A stretch of DNA of 64,000 nt from NCBI GenBank assembly GCA_045862955.1, contig BTVI01000007.1, positions 1 to 64,000 on the forward strand, given 5' to 3'. Shown here one piece after another: positions 50,343-60,052 of this stretch. The notes under the pieces are model-generated. The model was given only the letters and a program-made list of their open reading frames with translations. It was not told the DNA's origin and ran no database searches. The position numbers and the translations under genes are program-made. The stretch's first letter is position 1. Each line of letters begins with the position of its first letter. This DNA comes from Fimbriimonadales bacterium. Lineage in GTDB: Bacteria > Armatimonadota > Fimbriimonadia > Fimbriimonadales > JABRVX01.

Positions 50343-51320
50343 TTACTTCGCCACCGCAGGGGAGAAGCCATCGAGACTGAGGCGGAATATCTCGCGCTGC
50401 TCGTTGGTCACCAGCAACGTCCGATCATCCACGAAGCACACCCCCTCGCACTGCTTTCCGCCAGAGAAAACGAACCTTCTCGCGTTCCCCGATAGCAGCT
50501 TGTCGCCCTGCGCGGGCAATTCGAAAAGCCAAACGGAAGCCACGGGGAACTGCGTAAGCACTGCAAGGTGCTTCTCATCCGGTGAGATGTCCGCGGCGGT
50601 GACCCATCCTCCCAGGTCTTGCTTCGAGTCGAGTAGCGTCAGCACGTTGACGCGGTCGGTGAACTCCGTGTCCAGACGGTACAGCTTGGTGCCGTTCTCG
50701 GGTAGATCGCCGGTCGCGCCCGCGCGGTGCTTGGTCAGAAAGTGCAGCTTGCCCTTGTGCACGAAGAGGGCCTCGCAGTCGAAGTGCCACCTATCACCGG
50801 GGTACTCCTTCTGGTCCGCGTAGGCGACCGGGAGCCATTTCAGCACCCTCGTGCGCATGGTTGCTCTCGGATTGGGTTCTTTCAGCACGTACACTCCGAG
50901 GTCTCGTCGGGCATTGCCGTTATTACCCACATCTCCGATATACAGGGTATCGCCTTCGATGGCGATGTCTTCCCAGTCGAGGTTGTGTGCGGCATCCAGC
51001 CTAATACCGGGATACGGTTCCTTGCCTTCTGCTGGCTGGTCCGCGTAGTACCTGTCTCCGACCCAGCTAGGCATGATCACCGAGCCATCGGAACGAATGG
51101 CGAATATGCGTGCTTCGTCTCCGCTGTCGTTATGCACCCAGTAGACGTCGTCATACGTGCGGCTCTTGACGATGCCGCTCTGCTCGTTGATCGGTGGGTG
51201 CGTGATGGTAGCTGCAGCTGTTAGTGCCGTAGGGCGCTGTATCTTCAGGACTGGAGCATGTGCGCCTACGGACACCACGACAGCTATGGCAACGCCGATG
51301 AGTATTCTCGCTATTCTCAC
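50343..51320 (-). CDS. Secreted beta-propeller hypothetical protein (SdiA-regulated/phytase-like)
   Basis: EQSGI, WVHNDSG, DWEDIA, GDVGNN, DCEAL, QCEGV motifs; signal peptide. Confidence 0.7.
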   Translation of the reverse strand: MRIARILIGVAIAVVVSVGAHAPVLKIQRPTALTAAATITHPPINEQSGIVKSRTYDDVYWVHNDSGDEARIFAIRSDGSVIMPSWVGDRYYADQPAEGKEPYPGIRLDAAHNLDWEDIAIEGDTLYIGDVGNNGNARRDLGVYVLKEPNPRATMRTRVLKWLPVAYADQKEYPGDRWHFDCEALFVHKGKLHFLTKHRAGATGDLPENGTKLYRLDTEFTDRVNVLTLLDSKQDLGGWVTAADISPDEKHLAVLTQFPVASVWLFELPAQGDKLLSGNARRFVFSGGKQCEGVCFVDDRTLLVTNEQREIFRLSLDGFSPAVAK

Positions 51321-51486
51321 GCTGATGTCACCGTCTCACCTCGCCGAATACCTCCACCGCTCCTGCGGTAGAGGCTTCTAACGCATGCCTCCACTGGCCC
51401 TTGGATGGAGGCCGCAACATGTTACCTATATCGCGCAGGGTCTCTACACCCAATGGCGGGCGGAGAGATGGTGCCTGCTGTGCCGC

Positions 51487-51908
51487 CGTAGTGAGATGGT
51501 CGAAGCACCTCGCGATTCCGTCATGCTGAGCCTGTCGAAGTATCCCGCCATTCTCCGTCATGCTGACCGTGTCGAAGTATCCCGCCATTCTCCGTCATGC
51601 TGAGCCTGTCGAAGCATCCCGCCATTCTCCGTCATGCTGAGCCTGTCGGAGCACCTCGCCATTCCGTCATGGTGAGCCTGTCGGAGCACCTCGACGTTCC
51701 GTCATGGTGAGCCTGTCGAAGCATCCCGCCATTCTCCGTCATGCTGAGCCTGTCGAAGCACCTCGCCGTTCCGTCATGCTGAGCCTGTCGAAGCACCTCG
51801 CCATTCTCCGTCATGCTGAGCCTGTCGAAGCACCTCGCCGTTCCGTCATGCTGAGCCTGTCGAAGCATCCCGCCATTCTCCGTCATGCTGAGCCTGTCGA
51901 AGCATGAC
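51487..51908 (+). repeat. Tandem array of 35/37-bp REP-like units (11 copies plus 1 degenerate)
   Basis: GTCATG(C/G)TGA starts at 51520, 51557, 51594, 51631, 51666, 51701, 51738, 51773, 51810, 51845, 51882. Confidence 0.95.
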
Positions 51909-52044
51909 ATCGACTCACGCACGGTGACACATCCACACACAGCGGCAGCAAGGACCGACCGCGCGCATCGAAAGGCTCAGGACGGCGGGCAAACATCTCG
52001 GCCGATTCGGCACAACGCCCGGACGGACCCGGCGCCGCTCCCAC

Positions 52045-53349
52045 CTAGCCCTTCGTCTTCCGCCGTTTCCGCTCCTCCTGCCGCGCGCGCAGCTTGGGCT
52101 CCACACCCTGGTCGCTCGGCTCGTAGTAGGGAAGCTCCCAGTCTCCCTCCGGCAGATACTGCTGCTCAACGAAGTGCCCCGGGAAGTCGTGTGGATACAC
52201 GTAACCCTCTCCTGCCTCGAGCTTCGGCGCGAACGAGGCACCGCTGGATCTCAGGTGCTTCGGCACCGGAGGCGGTTGTCGTTTCCGAACGTCGGCCATC
52301 GCACGCGTGATCGCTAGCATCGCCGCATTCGACTTGGGCGCGCAAGCCAGGTAGGTTACGGCTTGTGCGAGCGAGAGTTGCGCCTCGGGCCAACCGATCC
52401 GCTCAACGACGTGAAACGCCGCCATCGCAAGCACCAGCGCCATCGGGTCCGCATTCCCGATGTCCTCGCTGGCCAGAATCACCAGCCTGCGCGCGATAAA
52501 GCGAGGGTCTTCGCCCGCTTCGATCATCCGCGCCATGTAGTGCAGCGCGGCGTCGGGGTCGGAGCCTCTCACCGACTTGATGAAGGCGGAGATCGTGTCG
52601 TAGTGCGCATCGCCCGCGCGGTCGTACTTCGGTGCGGGTGCCTGTTGCGCCGCCTCCACATGTGCGAGACGGATCGGTCCATCGGTAGGAGCGAGGTTCG
52701 CTGCGGCCTCCAGGAGGTTCAGGGCAATTCGGGCATCGCCACCCGCCAAGCGCACCACGTGCTCCAGAGCATCTGCCTCGCAATCGCGCCCCAGCCCGCG
52801 CTCCGTGTCGGCAAGTGCTCGCTCTACGATGACGCGAACCTCGTCATCGGTTAGCGGCTTCAGGATAAGCACCCGGCAGCGCGAGAGCAAGGGAGAAGCC
52901 AGTGCGAACGATGGGTTCTCGGTGGTAGCGGCAACCAGCTCCAGGGTGCCGTCCTCCACATAGCCCAGGAGCGCGTCCTGCTGCGTGCGCGTGAAGTGGT
53001 GCACCTCGTCCAAGAAAAGGACCGTTCGCTTGCCTGTGCTCGCCTTGCGGTTGCGGGCCGCCTGTGCCAGTTTGCGGATGTCCGCGATGCCCACCGACAC
53101 CGCGCTGTGCGGCTCGAAGTGCGCGTCGGAGTGCGCGGCGATGATGCCCGCGAGCGTGGTCTTGCCGCACCCTGCGGGTCCCCATAAAATGACGGACCCC
53201 AGCTTGCCTTCGCGGATCAGTCGGTGCAGCGGCGCGCCGGGCGCGAGAATGTGGACCTGGCCGACGTACTCCTCCAGAGTTCGCGGTCGCATGCGGGCCG
53301 CTAGCGGCTGGTCGAGCCCGATCTCGGAGGGCTCCTCGAAGAGGGTCAT
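52045..53349 (-). CDS. rarA: Replication-associated recombination protein A (MgsA)
   Basis: PLAARMRP, GPAGCGKTT, DEVH, ATTENPSF, SAFIKSVRGSDPDAA, ASEDIGNADP. Confidence 0.95.
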   Translation of the reverse strand: MTLFEEPSEIGLDQPLAARMRPRTLEEYVGQVHILAPGAPLHRLIREGKLGSVILWGPAGCGKTTLAGIIAAHSDAHFEPHSAVSVGIADIRKLAQAARNRKASTGKRTVLFLDEVHHFTRTQQDALLGYVEDGTLELVAATTENPSFALASPLLSRCRVLILKPLTDDEVRVIVERALADTERGLGRDCEADALEHVVRLAGGDARIALNLLEAAANLAPTDGPIRLAHVEAAQQAPAPKYDRAGDAHYDTISAFIKSVRGSDPDAALHYMARMIEAGEDPRFIARRLVILASEDIGNADPMALVLAMAAFHVVERIGWPEAQLSLAQAVTYLACAPKSNAAMLAITRAMADVRKRQPPPVPKHLRSSGASFAPKLEAGEGYVYPHDFPGHFVEQQYLPEGDWELPYYEPSDQGVEPKLRARQEERKRRKTKG

Positions 53350-53561
53350 GCACACCTTCTTCCGCGAACCACCCCGCAAGCACCGTGTGCCGGCGATGTT
53401 CTGGAACCCCGAACACAGGGTGGGCGCAGCCGCGCCGCCGCCGGAACGCGGTGCGCTCCTTTGAACGACACGAGACCAACGCCCTAGAACACGCTATCGG
53501 CTCCGAACACCTTGGGCAAGCACGCGTGTCGCAGGGTGGTTCTGTATCTCTAGTGTACCAG

Positions 53562-55196
53562 CTACGGATCGGCGGTCTTGGCGAAACTCACGAGAACCAT
53601 CGTGATGTCGCCAATGTCCACGCGGCCCGATCCGTCGAGGTCGAGCGAGGCGGAGGCTTTGTCGAAGTTAATCAGCACCAGCGTGAGGTCTGCGAGGTCC
53701 ACCACAGCGTCGCGGTTCGCGTCCCCACCCGGCAGGCTGACGCTGAGGCCATCCAGCACCTCTCCCACCGCCACGCTTTGCCCTACGAGCCTGCGGGCGA
53801 GGAAAGGCTTCCCAGGCGTCTGAAAGCGAATGTCGTACTCTCCGCCGGATTGGAACAACAGATCGAACGAGCCGCCGTCGCCGGGGAAAAAGGCCAGGCT
53901 CTCGACGGGCATCGAACCGTTCATCAGGGAGGCGACGACTAAGATACTCTGGGGGTTCAGATGCCCCGGTAGGGAGATCGTTCCGCGCACCGTGGCTCGG
54001 GTGGCACGAAGAAGAGCATGATACGCATTGACCCTACCGAAACGCACCCAGTCGCCGATCGCATCCGCATTCTGCTCTATGTAGCTGCGCACTGCCGTAG
54101 CGTGTGCTCGCGTACGAGGCACGTTGGGCAGATCGTGAGCTCGTGCCCCATACAGCAGCGCAGCCAGGCCGGAGGCGAAGGGTGCTGCATAGGAGGTGCC
54201 AGAGTCAATGCCGTAGGCGCCATCCGATAGGGTAGACAAGATGCCGTCTCCCGGAGCCGCGACATCCACGAACTGGTCCACGCCCCAGTTGAACTGCGAC
54301 CACGGCCAGCGCAAATCACCCGGCGAGGTGGCACCTACGTCAATCACTACTTCATACGCCGCAGGATACATGGGCCAGCTGGCAGCGCTATTCCCGGCAG
54401 CACCTACCAATACCACGCCGGCGTCCCAGGCCGCATTACAAGCCTCTTCCACTGCAGGGTCGTGCACTGGACCACCTAGACTGAGATTGATCACATGACA
54501 CCCGTTCGTGGTGGCCCACTGGATGGCCTCGCGCACGTCTGTAGTCGTGCCTTGCGCGAACTGGTCCAGCGCCTTGAGAGGGATCAGCTTGACGTTGGGT
54601 GCGGTGCCTGCGACTCCCTGCCCGTTGTCGGTCATGGCCCCGACGATGCCTGCTACCATGGTCCCGTGTCCGTTGTCGTCGGCGGTGTTCGTGTTGTTCT
54701 GTATGGTGTTCCAGCCGGGGCCAATGTTAAGCCATAAGTCCGGGTGGTCGGACCGCACTCCCGTGTCCACGATGGCAACCCGCACGTCGCTTCTGCCGCG
54801 GTAGATGTCCATGGCCTGTTCCCAACGGATGGCGGGAAGACCCCACTGGAAGGGGTAACTGGGATCGTTCGGCTGCCAGAGGGCTCGGTAGGTGTAGTTG
54901 GGTTGTGCATGCTGCACGAATGGTAGCGACTTCGCTGCAGCTACCAGGCGTTGCACGTCAGCATTCGCAGGTGCTCGAAAGAGCGCGTATCGCCCGTCGC
55001 TGAGCGTTCTCACGTGGGTGACTCCGACCCGCCGCTCCGTCTCGGCGATCAGGACAGGCTGCGTGGTCGCGAATCGAATAAGCACGGAGCCGGGCTCCCA
55101 CTCACCGGTGGTCATCGCCGGACCCTGATCACCGAACGAACCAGACGTGCAGCCAGCTAAGCAGACCAGAAGCACCAATCGCGCGAACAGCATCAT
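53562..55196 (-). CDS. Secreted S8 (thermitase-like) protease + Ig-like + dockerin-like tail
   Basis: VDTG, HGT, AAGN, GTSYAAP; prodomain; tail GDANRDAVVDLADL...DLDGSGRVDIGDI. Confidence 0.9.
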   Translation of the reverse strand: MMLFARLVLLVCLAGCTSGSFGDQGPAMTTGEWEPGSVLIRFATTQPVLIAETERRVGVTHVRTLSDGRYALFRAPANADVQRLVAAAKSLPFVQHAQPNYTYRALWQPNDPSYPFQWGLPAIRWEQAMDIYRGRSDVRVAIVDTGVRSDHPDLWLNIGPGWNTIQNNTNTADDNGHGTMVAGIVGAMTDNGQGVAGTAPNVKLIPLKALDQFAQGTTTDVREAIQWATTNGCHVINLSLGGPVHDPAVEEACNAAWDAGVVLVGAAGNSAASWPMYPAAYEVVIDVGATSPGDLRWPWSQFNWGVDQFVDVAAPGDGILSTLSDGAYGIDSGTSYAAPFASGLAALLYGARAHDLPNVPRTRAHATAVRSYIEQNADAIGDWVRFGRVNAYHALLRATRATVRGTISLPGHLNPQSILVVASLMNGSMPVESLAFFPGDGGSFDLLFQSGGEYDIRFQTPGKPFLARRLVGQSVAVGEVLDGLSVSLPGGDANRDAVVDLADLTLVLINFDKASASLDLDGSGRVDIGDITMVLVSFAKTADP

Positions 55197-55224
55197 CCCG
55201 GCAGACAATGCTACTCCAGGATCG

Positions 55225-56898
55225 CTACGGGTCGGACGTCTTGGTGAAGTTGACGAGAGCCATGGAAATGTCGAGAAGATCCACGGCCCCGTCGCCATTG
55301 AGATCGCCGCTCCCGGTGCCCGCGAATTGCAGGAGGATCATGTTCAAGTCGGCGATGTCGACCGCTCCGCTGCCGTCTGCGTCACCGTTCAAAAGTGTGG
55401 CATTCACCGTGGACGCCGCTGCGACGCGAGACAGACCCACGCTCGGAACGCGCCGCGCGAGGAACTTGCTCGCTGCAGAGAACCGCACGTCGTACGTGCC
55501 CGGTATCGTGAAGGTGGTGGAGTACGAGCCGTCCGCGCTCAGGGTGATAGGCTTGGATGCCACCAGGTTCGAAGTACCCGGCTCGAAGAGTTGGATCGTG
55601 ATCGGCACCGTCTGCGGCGCCACGTGTCCCTGAAGAGTCAGTGTGCCCGAAATGGCGGCGGGTAGGTTGAGGGCCGCATTCAGCGCCGCATCCAACTTGA
55701 TGCGGCCGTGAGTCACCCACGTTCCGACGTTGTGGCAGTTCGACTCGATGAGCTGGCGTACGAGCGACGCGGCTTCCACGCTCCGCGGAGTTTCCGTACG
55801 GGGCTCCGTCAGAGCTGCATAGAGGAGTGCGGCTTCTGCGGAGACGTGCGGCGTAGCCATGGAAGTGCCGCTGAGGTAGCCATACGTTCCGCCGAGCAAG
55901 CACGAGTAGATGCTGGATCCGGGTGCCGCTACATCCACCCACTGATAGTCGCCCTGATTGAAATTGGAATCACCAGCTCTGTAGTCGCCAGATGTAGACG
56001 ATGCCACTGCGATGCACTCGACGAAGGAGGCAGGGTAAGCGGGGAGATAGGTGTTGTTGTTGCCGGCTGCCACGACCACTAGCACCCCGTTTGCCACCGC
56101 ATACTGGACTGCTGTCAGCACGCTGGCAGGCGGAACGGCAGTGCCCGCTAGGCTCATGTTTATCACGTGGGCACCGTTGTTCACGGAGTAGTTGATGCCT
56201 TTCGCCACGTTCTCCCAAGTTCCATTGCCGCTGGCATTCAGAATCTTTACCGGTAGTAGCATGGCGGTGGGATTCATGCCGGCGATGCCGGTGGCGTTGT
56301 TCGTTGCTGCAGCCGCAATTCCTGCGACGTGGGTGCCGTGTCTGTTGTCGTCCTCCGCCACCGGATCGTTGTTCACGAAGTCCCAGCCGGAGTTCAGGAT
56401 CTTCGACTGAAGGTCGGGGTGGCTGAGGGCGATGCCCGTGTCGCAGATTGCGATGATGACCGAGGACTTGCCCTGGTACGCTGCCATCGCTGCGGGCCAT
56501 CCGACCTTCGGCGGACCCCACTGAAGATCGTAGAATGGATCGTCGGGCCAGGCAATCCGAACGATGCCGTTGGGTTCGGCGAACACCACGTTCGGGTCGA
56601 AGCGCAGCCAGGAAGAAAGACCGACCACATTGGCGGTCGGAGCCAACTCGATCTTGTAGATGCCGAGATCCGGGACGGAGGGGAGGAGCGAGCCGCCGAG
56701 CCGCACGGCGATTCGCTGCATCTGTTCCGCCGTCGTACCCTGGCGAAACTTGATCAGCATCTCGCCAGGGACGTATTCGAACGCCGGTATCTGCGGTCGT
56801 GCGGCAAGCTGGCCGTGTACCAGGCAAAGCAGGGCGGCAGCGGCAGTCGTGGCGGCGGCGCGGCGCAGCGCCGCAGCGGCAATCCCGGTCGAACTCAT
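55225..56898 (-). CDS. Secreted S8 protease + Ig-like + dockerin-like tail
   Basis: CDTG, HGTHVAG, AAGN, GTSMATP; tail GDADGSGAVDIADL...GDLNGDGAVDLLDI; SD GAAAGG before ATG 56898. Confidence 0.9.
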   Translation of the reverse strand: MSSTGIAAAALRRAAATTAAAALLCLVHGQLAARPQIPAFEYVPGEMLIKFRQGTTAEQMQRIAVRLGGSLLPSVPDLGIYKIELAPTANVVGLSSWLRFDPNVVFAEPNGIVRIAWPDDPFYDLQWGPPKVGWPAAMAAYQGKSSVIIAICDTGIALSHPDLQSKILNSGWDFVNNDPVAEDDNRHGTHVAGIAAAATNNATGIAGMNPTAMLLPVKILNASGNGTWENVAKGINYSVNNGAHVINMSLAGTAVPPASVLTAVQYAVANGVLVVVAAGNNNTYLPAYPASFVECIAVASSTSGDYRAGDSNFNQGDYQWVDVAAPGSSIYSCLLGGTYGYLSGTSMATPHVSAEAALLYAALTEPRTETPRSVEAASLVRQLIESNCHNVGTWVTHGRIKLDAALNAALNLPAAISGTLTLQGHVAPQTVPITIQLFEPGTSNLVASKPITLSADGSYSTTFTIPGTYDVRFSAASKFLARRVPSVGLSRVAAASTVNATLLNGDADGSGAVDIADLNMILLQFAGTGSGDLNGDGAVDLLDISMALVNFTKTSDP

Positions 56899-57154
56899 AG
56901 CACCTTTCCTCTCAAAAAGAATCACAACAGGCCCAGGCAAGCGGTCCGTGCCTGAGGTTCGCCGCAAATCCTGAGCCAATCTAACTGCATTGAACTGGCT
57001 AAGGCCCCCCGAAGTTCCGTTCCGGCGGACAAGTCCCCTAAGCCCGGTACTCCGGCGGGCTTTACCGACCGGACGAAGCGTCCCAGAGAACCGAGCCAGA
57101 TGCCTCGACGCTTCGACCGACAACGGAAGGCCCCTCCGAGGCCTCCACTGCTCC

Positions 57155-58434
57155 TGGAGGGTGGATCAGTGGAATACCGTCATGCTGAGCCTGTCGAGGC
57201 ATGCGATACCTGTTAGGGGCGTTTCTGTATCACAGTGGAATACCGTCATGCTGAGCTTGTCGAAGCATGCGATACCTGGTAGGGGCGTTTCTGTATCACA
57301 GTGGAATACCGTCATGCTGAGCCTGTCGAAGCATGACGGCAGCCAAGGCAAACGTACCTGTGAGCCTCGAGCCCATGCGGTGCACGGGGTCTTGCTTCGA
57401 CAAGCTCAGCATGACGGTTCGAGACCCTGCCGGGCGACTGGAGCCTCCCAGTGACCCATCCTCCCCCAGCGGTGGAGGCTGCCGGGGCCACCCACCACGG
57501 AGCCTTCGCCGGTCCTTACGCTCGCAGCATGCGTCCAGTGCAATGGAGACATGGATTCCCGCGTACGCGGGCATGAAATGGCCTAGGGGGCCGGAGTTCT
57601 GGGATACCGACCTAGGTTCCCGCGTACGCGGGAAGAAAGTCTGGGTACGAGTACCGCCAAGACACGTCCACCCGAGACTCCCGCTTGCGCGGGAATGAAG
57701 GACGTACCATCCCTACGCTACTGATCGTCATTCACACGAAGGGGACTGCTAGGAAAGTCCATGACTGCACCGACGGGGGCGTTTCGACTGGAAGAGCGTC
57801 ATGGAGGATGGCTCAGTGGAATACAGTCATGCTGAGATTGTCGAAGCATGCGATACCTGGTAGGGGCGTTTCTGTATCACAGTGGAATACCGTCATGCTG
57901 AGCCTGTCGAAGCATGACGGCAGCCAAGGCAAACGTACCTGTGAGCCTCGAGAGCATGCGGTGCACGGGGTCATGCTTCGACAAGCTCAGCATGACGGTT
58001 CGAGACCCTGCCTGGCGACTGGAGCCTCCCAGTGACCCATCCTCCCCCAGCGGTGGAGGCTGCCAGGGCCACCCACCACGGAGCCTTCGCCGGTCCTTAC
58101 GCTCGCAGCATGCGTCCAGTGCAATGGAGACATGGATTCCCGCGTACGCGGGCATGAAATGGCCTGGGGGACCGGAGTTCTGGGATACCTTCCCGCGTAC
58201 GCGGGAAGAAAGTCTGGGTACGAGTACCGCCAAGACACGTCCACGCGAGACTCCCGCTTACGCGGGAATGAAGTACGTACCATCCCTAGGCTACTGATCG
58301 TCATTTCCACGAAGGGGACTGCTAGGAAAGTCCATGACTGCACCGACGGGGCGTTTCGACTCATGCCCCGGCGCGGTCCAGAGGTGCACTTCCTGCCCTC
58401 GGTACTGCTACCTGGCGGACGCGGGCCGGGGCAT
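57155..58434. repeat. Composite repeat block: two ~580-bp units with 66-bp REP tandems, REPIN pair and dRS3-like palindromes, ending in a 72-bp element
   Basis: REP starts 57179/57245/57311 and 57826/57892; TCCCGCNNNCGCGGG three times per unit. Confidence 0.95.
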
Positions 58435-58587
58435 AGCCCCTTCTTCAACAGGCTCGAAGGCCGGATTGCAGTTAGCTCTGTGCCTGGAGGTCTGGCTGCA
58501 GCGCTACCCCGAGGGTGGCAACTTGCGGCAGCCAAGACGCTAAGACCTCGAGGCCTGGAATGCTGAATCACTCAGTAATCGAGCGCG

Positions 58588-58638
58588 AAAAAAAAAAGAG
58601 CGCTAAGTCTTGCACATTGGCTCCTGCTGTGGTATACT
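58588..58638 (+). promoter_or_regulatory. Sigma70 promoter TTGCAC-N17-TATACT (extended -10) with upstream A10 tract
   Basis: -35 at 58610-58615, -10 at 58633-58638, A10 at 58588-58597. Confidence 0.65.
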
Positions 58639-58659
58639 ACCTGGTGAGAGTGAGGGGTC

Positions 58660-59313
58660 ATGCTAGGCATCGTCAATGCTCCCAATGGACCGGGGCAGAG
58701 CACTAGCTGGCAAGCGGCTCCGGACGGGGCCCCTGGGCGGAGCCCGAGGATCAGGGTGTTGCTGTGGCTCTTGGTGGCAGTGCTCGCCGCGTTGGTCTGG
58801 GCGTTGCCCTCGGACCCGCTGCTAACCCGGCATGTTCTTCGAGCCATTTGGCCCACCCAGCCGGTCGGGGTTGGTGCGATGGCCCCTGACCCACCGCCTG
58901 GTTTCCGTCTCAGTCGTGAGGCGGCGGCTCACCTCCAGAAGGTTGCAGGAGAGAGACTGGAGTGGCCTGTGCTACTGGTCGTCGTCTTAGATGATTGCGG
59001 CGACTGCTCCGATGCCCCTCCTCTTCGTGCGAAAGACTTTGCAGGGTGGCGAGTCGGTTCTGTCGTTGTCGTAGCGCCCGCCGTAGTACGGGAGTCGGAT
59101 GTGCGACCATCGGTACCAGAGGAAGCGGTCGTCGTTAGCGATCGCGTCTCGAGCTGGGCTCCTACTTCCATAGGCTACCAACTAGGCCCGTACTTCTCGC
59201 CGCGTGCCTTTGTGATGGAGGAGGGCTGGGTGGTCTTGGCAGCGCAACGAAGCGACGAGTCCTTAGGTCAGTTCATTGAGCGAGTGCGCTCGAAGGCTGG
59301 AGGTGGCAGGTGA
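58660..59313 (+). CDS. Membrane-anchored thioredoxin-fold-like protein (CGDC)
   Basis: TM helix; VGAMAPD; VLLVVVLDDCGDC; FSPRAFV cis-Pro-like motif. Confidence 0.55.
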   Translation: MLGIVNAPNGPGQSTSWQAAPDGAPGRSPRIRVLLWLLVAVLAALVWALPSDPLLTRHVLRAIWPTQPVGVGAMAPDPPPGFRLSREAAAHLQKVAGERLEWPVLLVVVLDDCGDCSDAPPLRAKDFAGWRVGSVVVVAPAVVRESDVRPSVPEEAVVVSDRVSSWAPTSIGYQLGPYFSPRAFVMEEGWVVLAAQRSDESLGQFIERVRSKAGGGR

Positions 59314-60011
59314 TGAATCGTTCGCGAGCATGGACGCTGGTAGAGCTTCTTATCGTAATAGCCATCTTGGCTGCGCTGGCAGCGATCGTGTATGTGCTGA
59401 TGGCGCCCGTGCGTGAGAAAGGTCGCCAAACGGGCTGCATCTCGAACCTGAGGCAGATCGGCCAGGCGATTGCCATGTACCGCACGGACTACGAAGGCGG
59501 GCGAGGCGATGCGCCGCAGGGGGGGTCAGCCTCTTGTCCGAACGTGTGGGCACGCTTGGGTGTCCCGCCCGAACCCCATGACATGGTTACGGCAGGCTAC
59601 GTGAAGGACCCTCGCATCTTCTGGTGTGAGCTAGACCCTCGCGTCAAGGAACTGCACAACACTCCCATACCGCCTGGCATGACGATCCTGGATGCGAAGG
59701 TGTTTAGCTACAATTGGTGTCCTATCGGTTGCTTTAACCGCCTGCCCCTAGCGGAGCGCAAGGCGGAGTGCGAAACCGACTATCGCATTTACAGGGAGAG
59801 GGGCGAACGGATGGTGCTGGCGATCGACATGAATCACTGGCGCTACTACTATTTCGACGGCCCCATAGAGGTCAGGGACCCTAACGACAAACGGATCGAA
59901 ACGATGAAGCAGAAGATGATCGGGCTCTTCCTCAGGCTGGACGGCTCGGTGCAACGACTCAACTTCTCCAACATGCCACCTAGATCAGAGGGTGGCACAT
60001 GCGGAATGTAG
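59310..60011 (+). CDS. Prepilin-type N-terminal cleavage/methylation protein (DUF1559-like)
   Basis: AWTLVELLIVIAILA, CISNLRQIGQAIAMY..DY, RLDGSV. Confidence 0.85.
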   Translation: MMNRSRAWTLVELLIVIAILAALAAIVYVLMAPVREKGRQTGCISNLRQIGQAIAMYRTDYEGGRGDAPQGGSASCPNVWARLGVPPEPHDMVTAGYVKDPRIFWCELDPRVKELHNTPIPPGMTILDAKVFSYNWCPIGCFNRLPLAERKAECETDYRIYRERGERMVLAIDMNHWRYYYFDGPIEVRDPNDKRIETMKQKMIGLFLRLDGSVQRLNFSNMPPRSEGGTCGM

Positions 60012-60052
60012 CTTGTGCGGAGTAGCACGCGAACGAGACAGAGGTGTAGGAG

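Noticed and set aside
51487..51908. CRISPR array
   Set aside because: Spacers are only 10-12 bp and are recurring variants of two sequences; no cas genes or leader; the same repeat is dispersed elsewhere in the window
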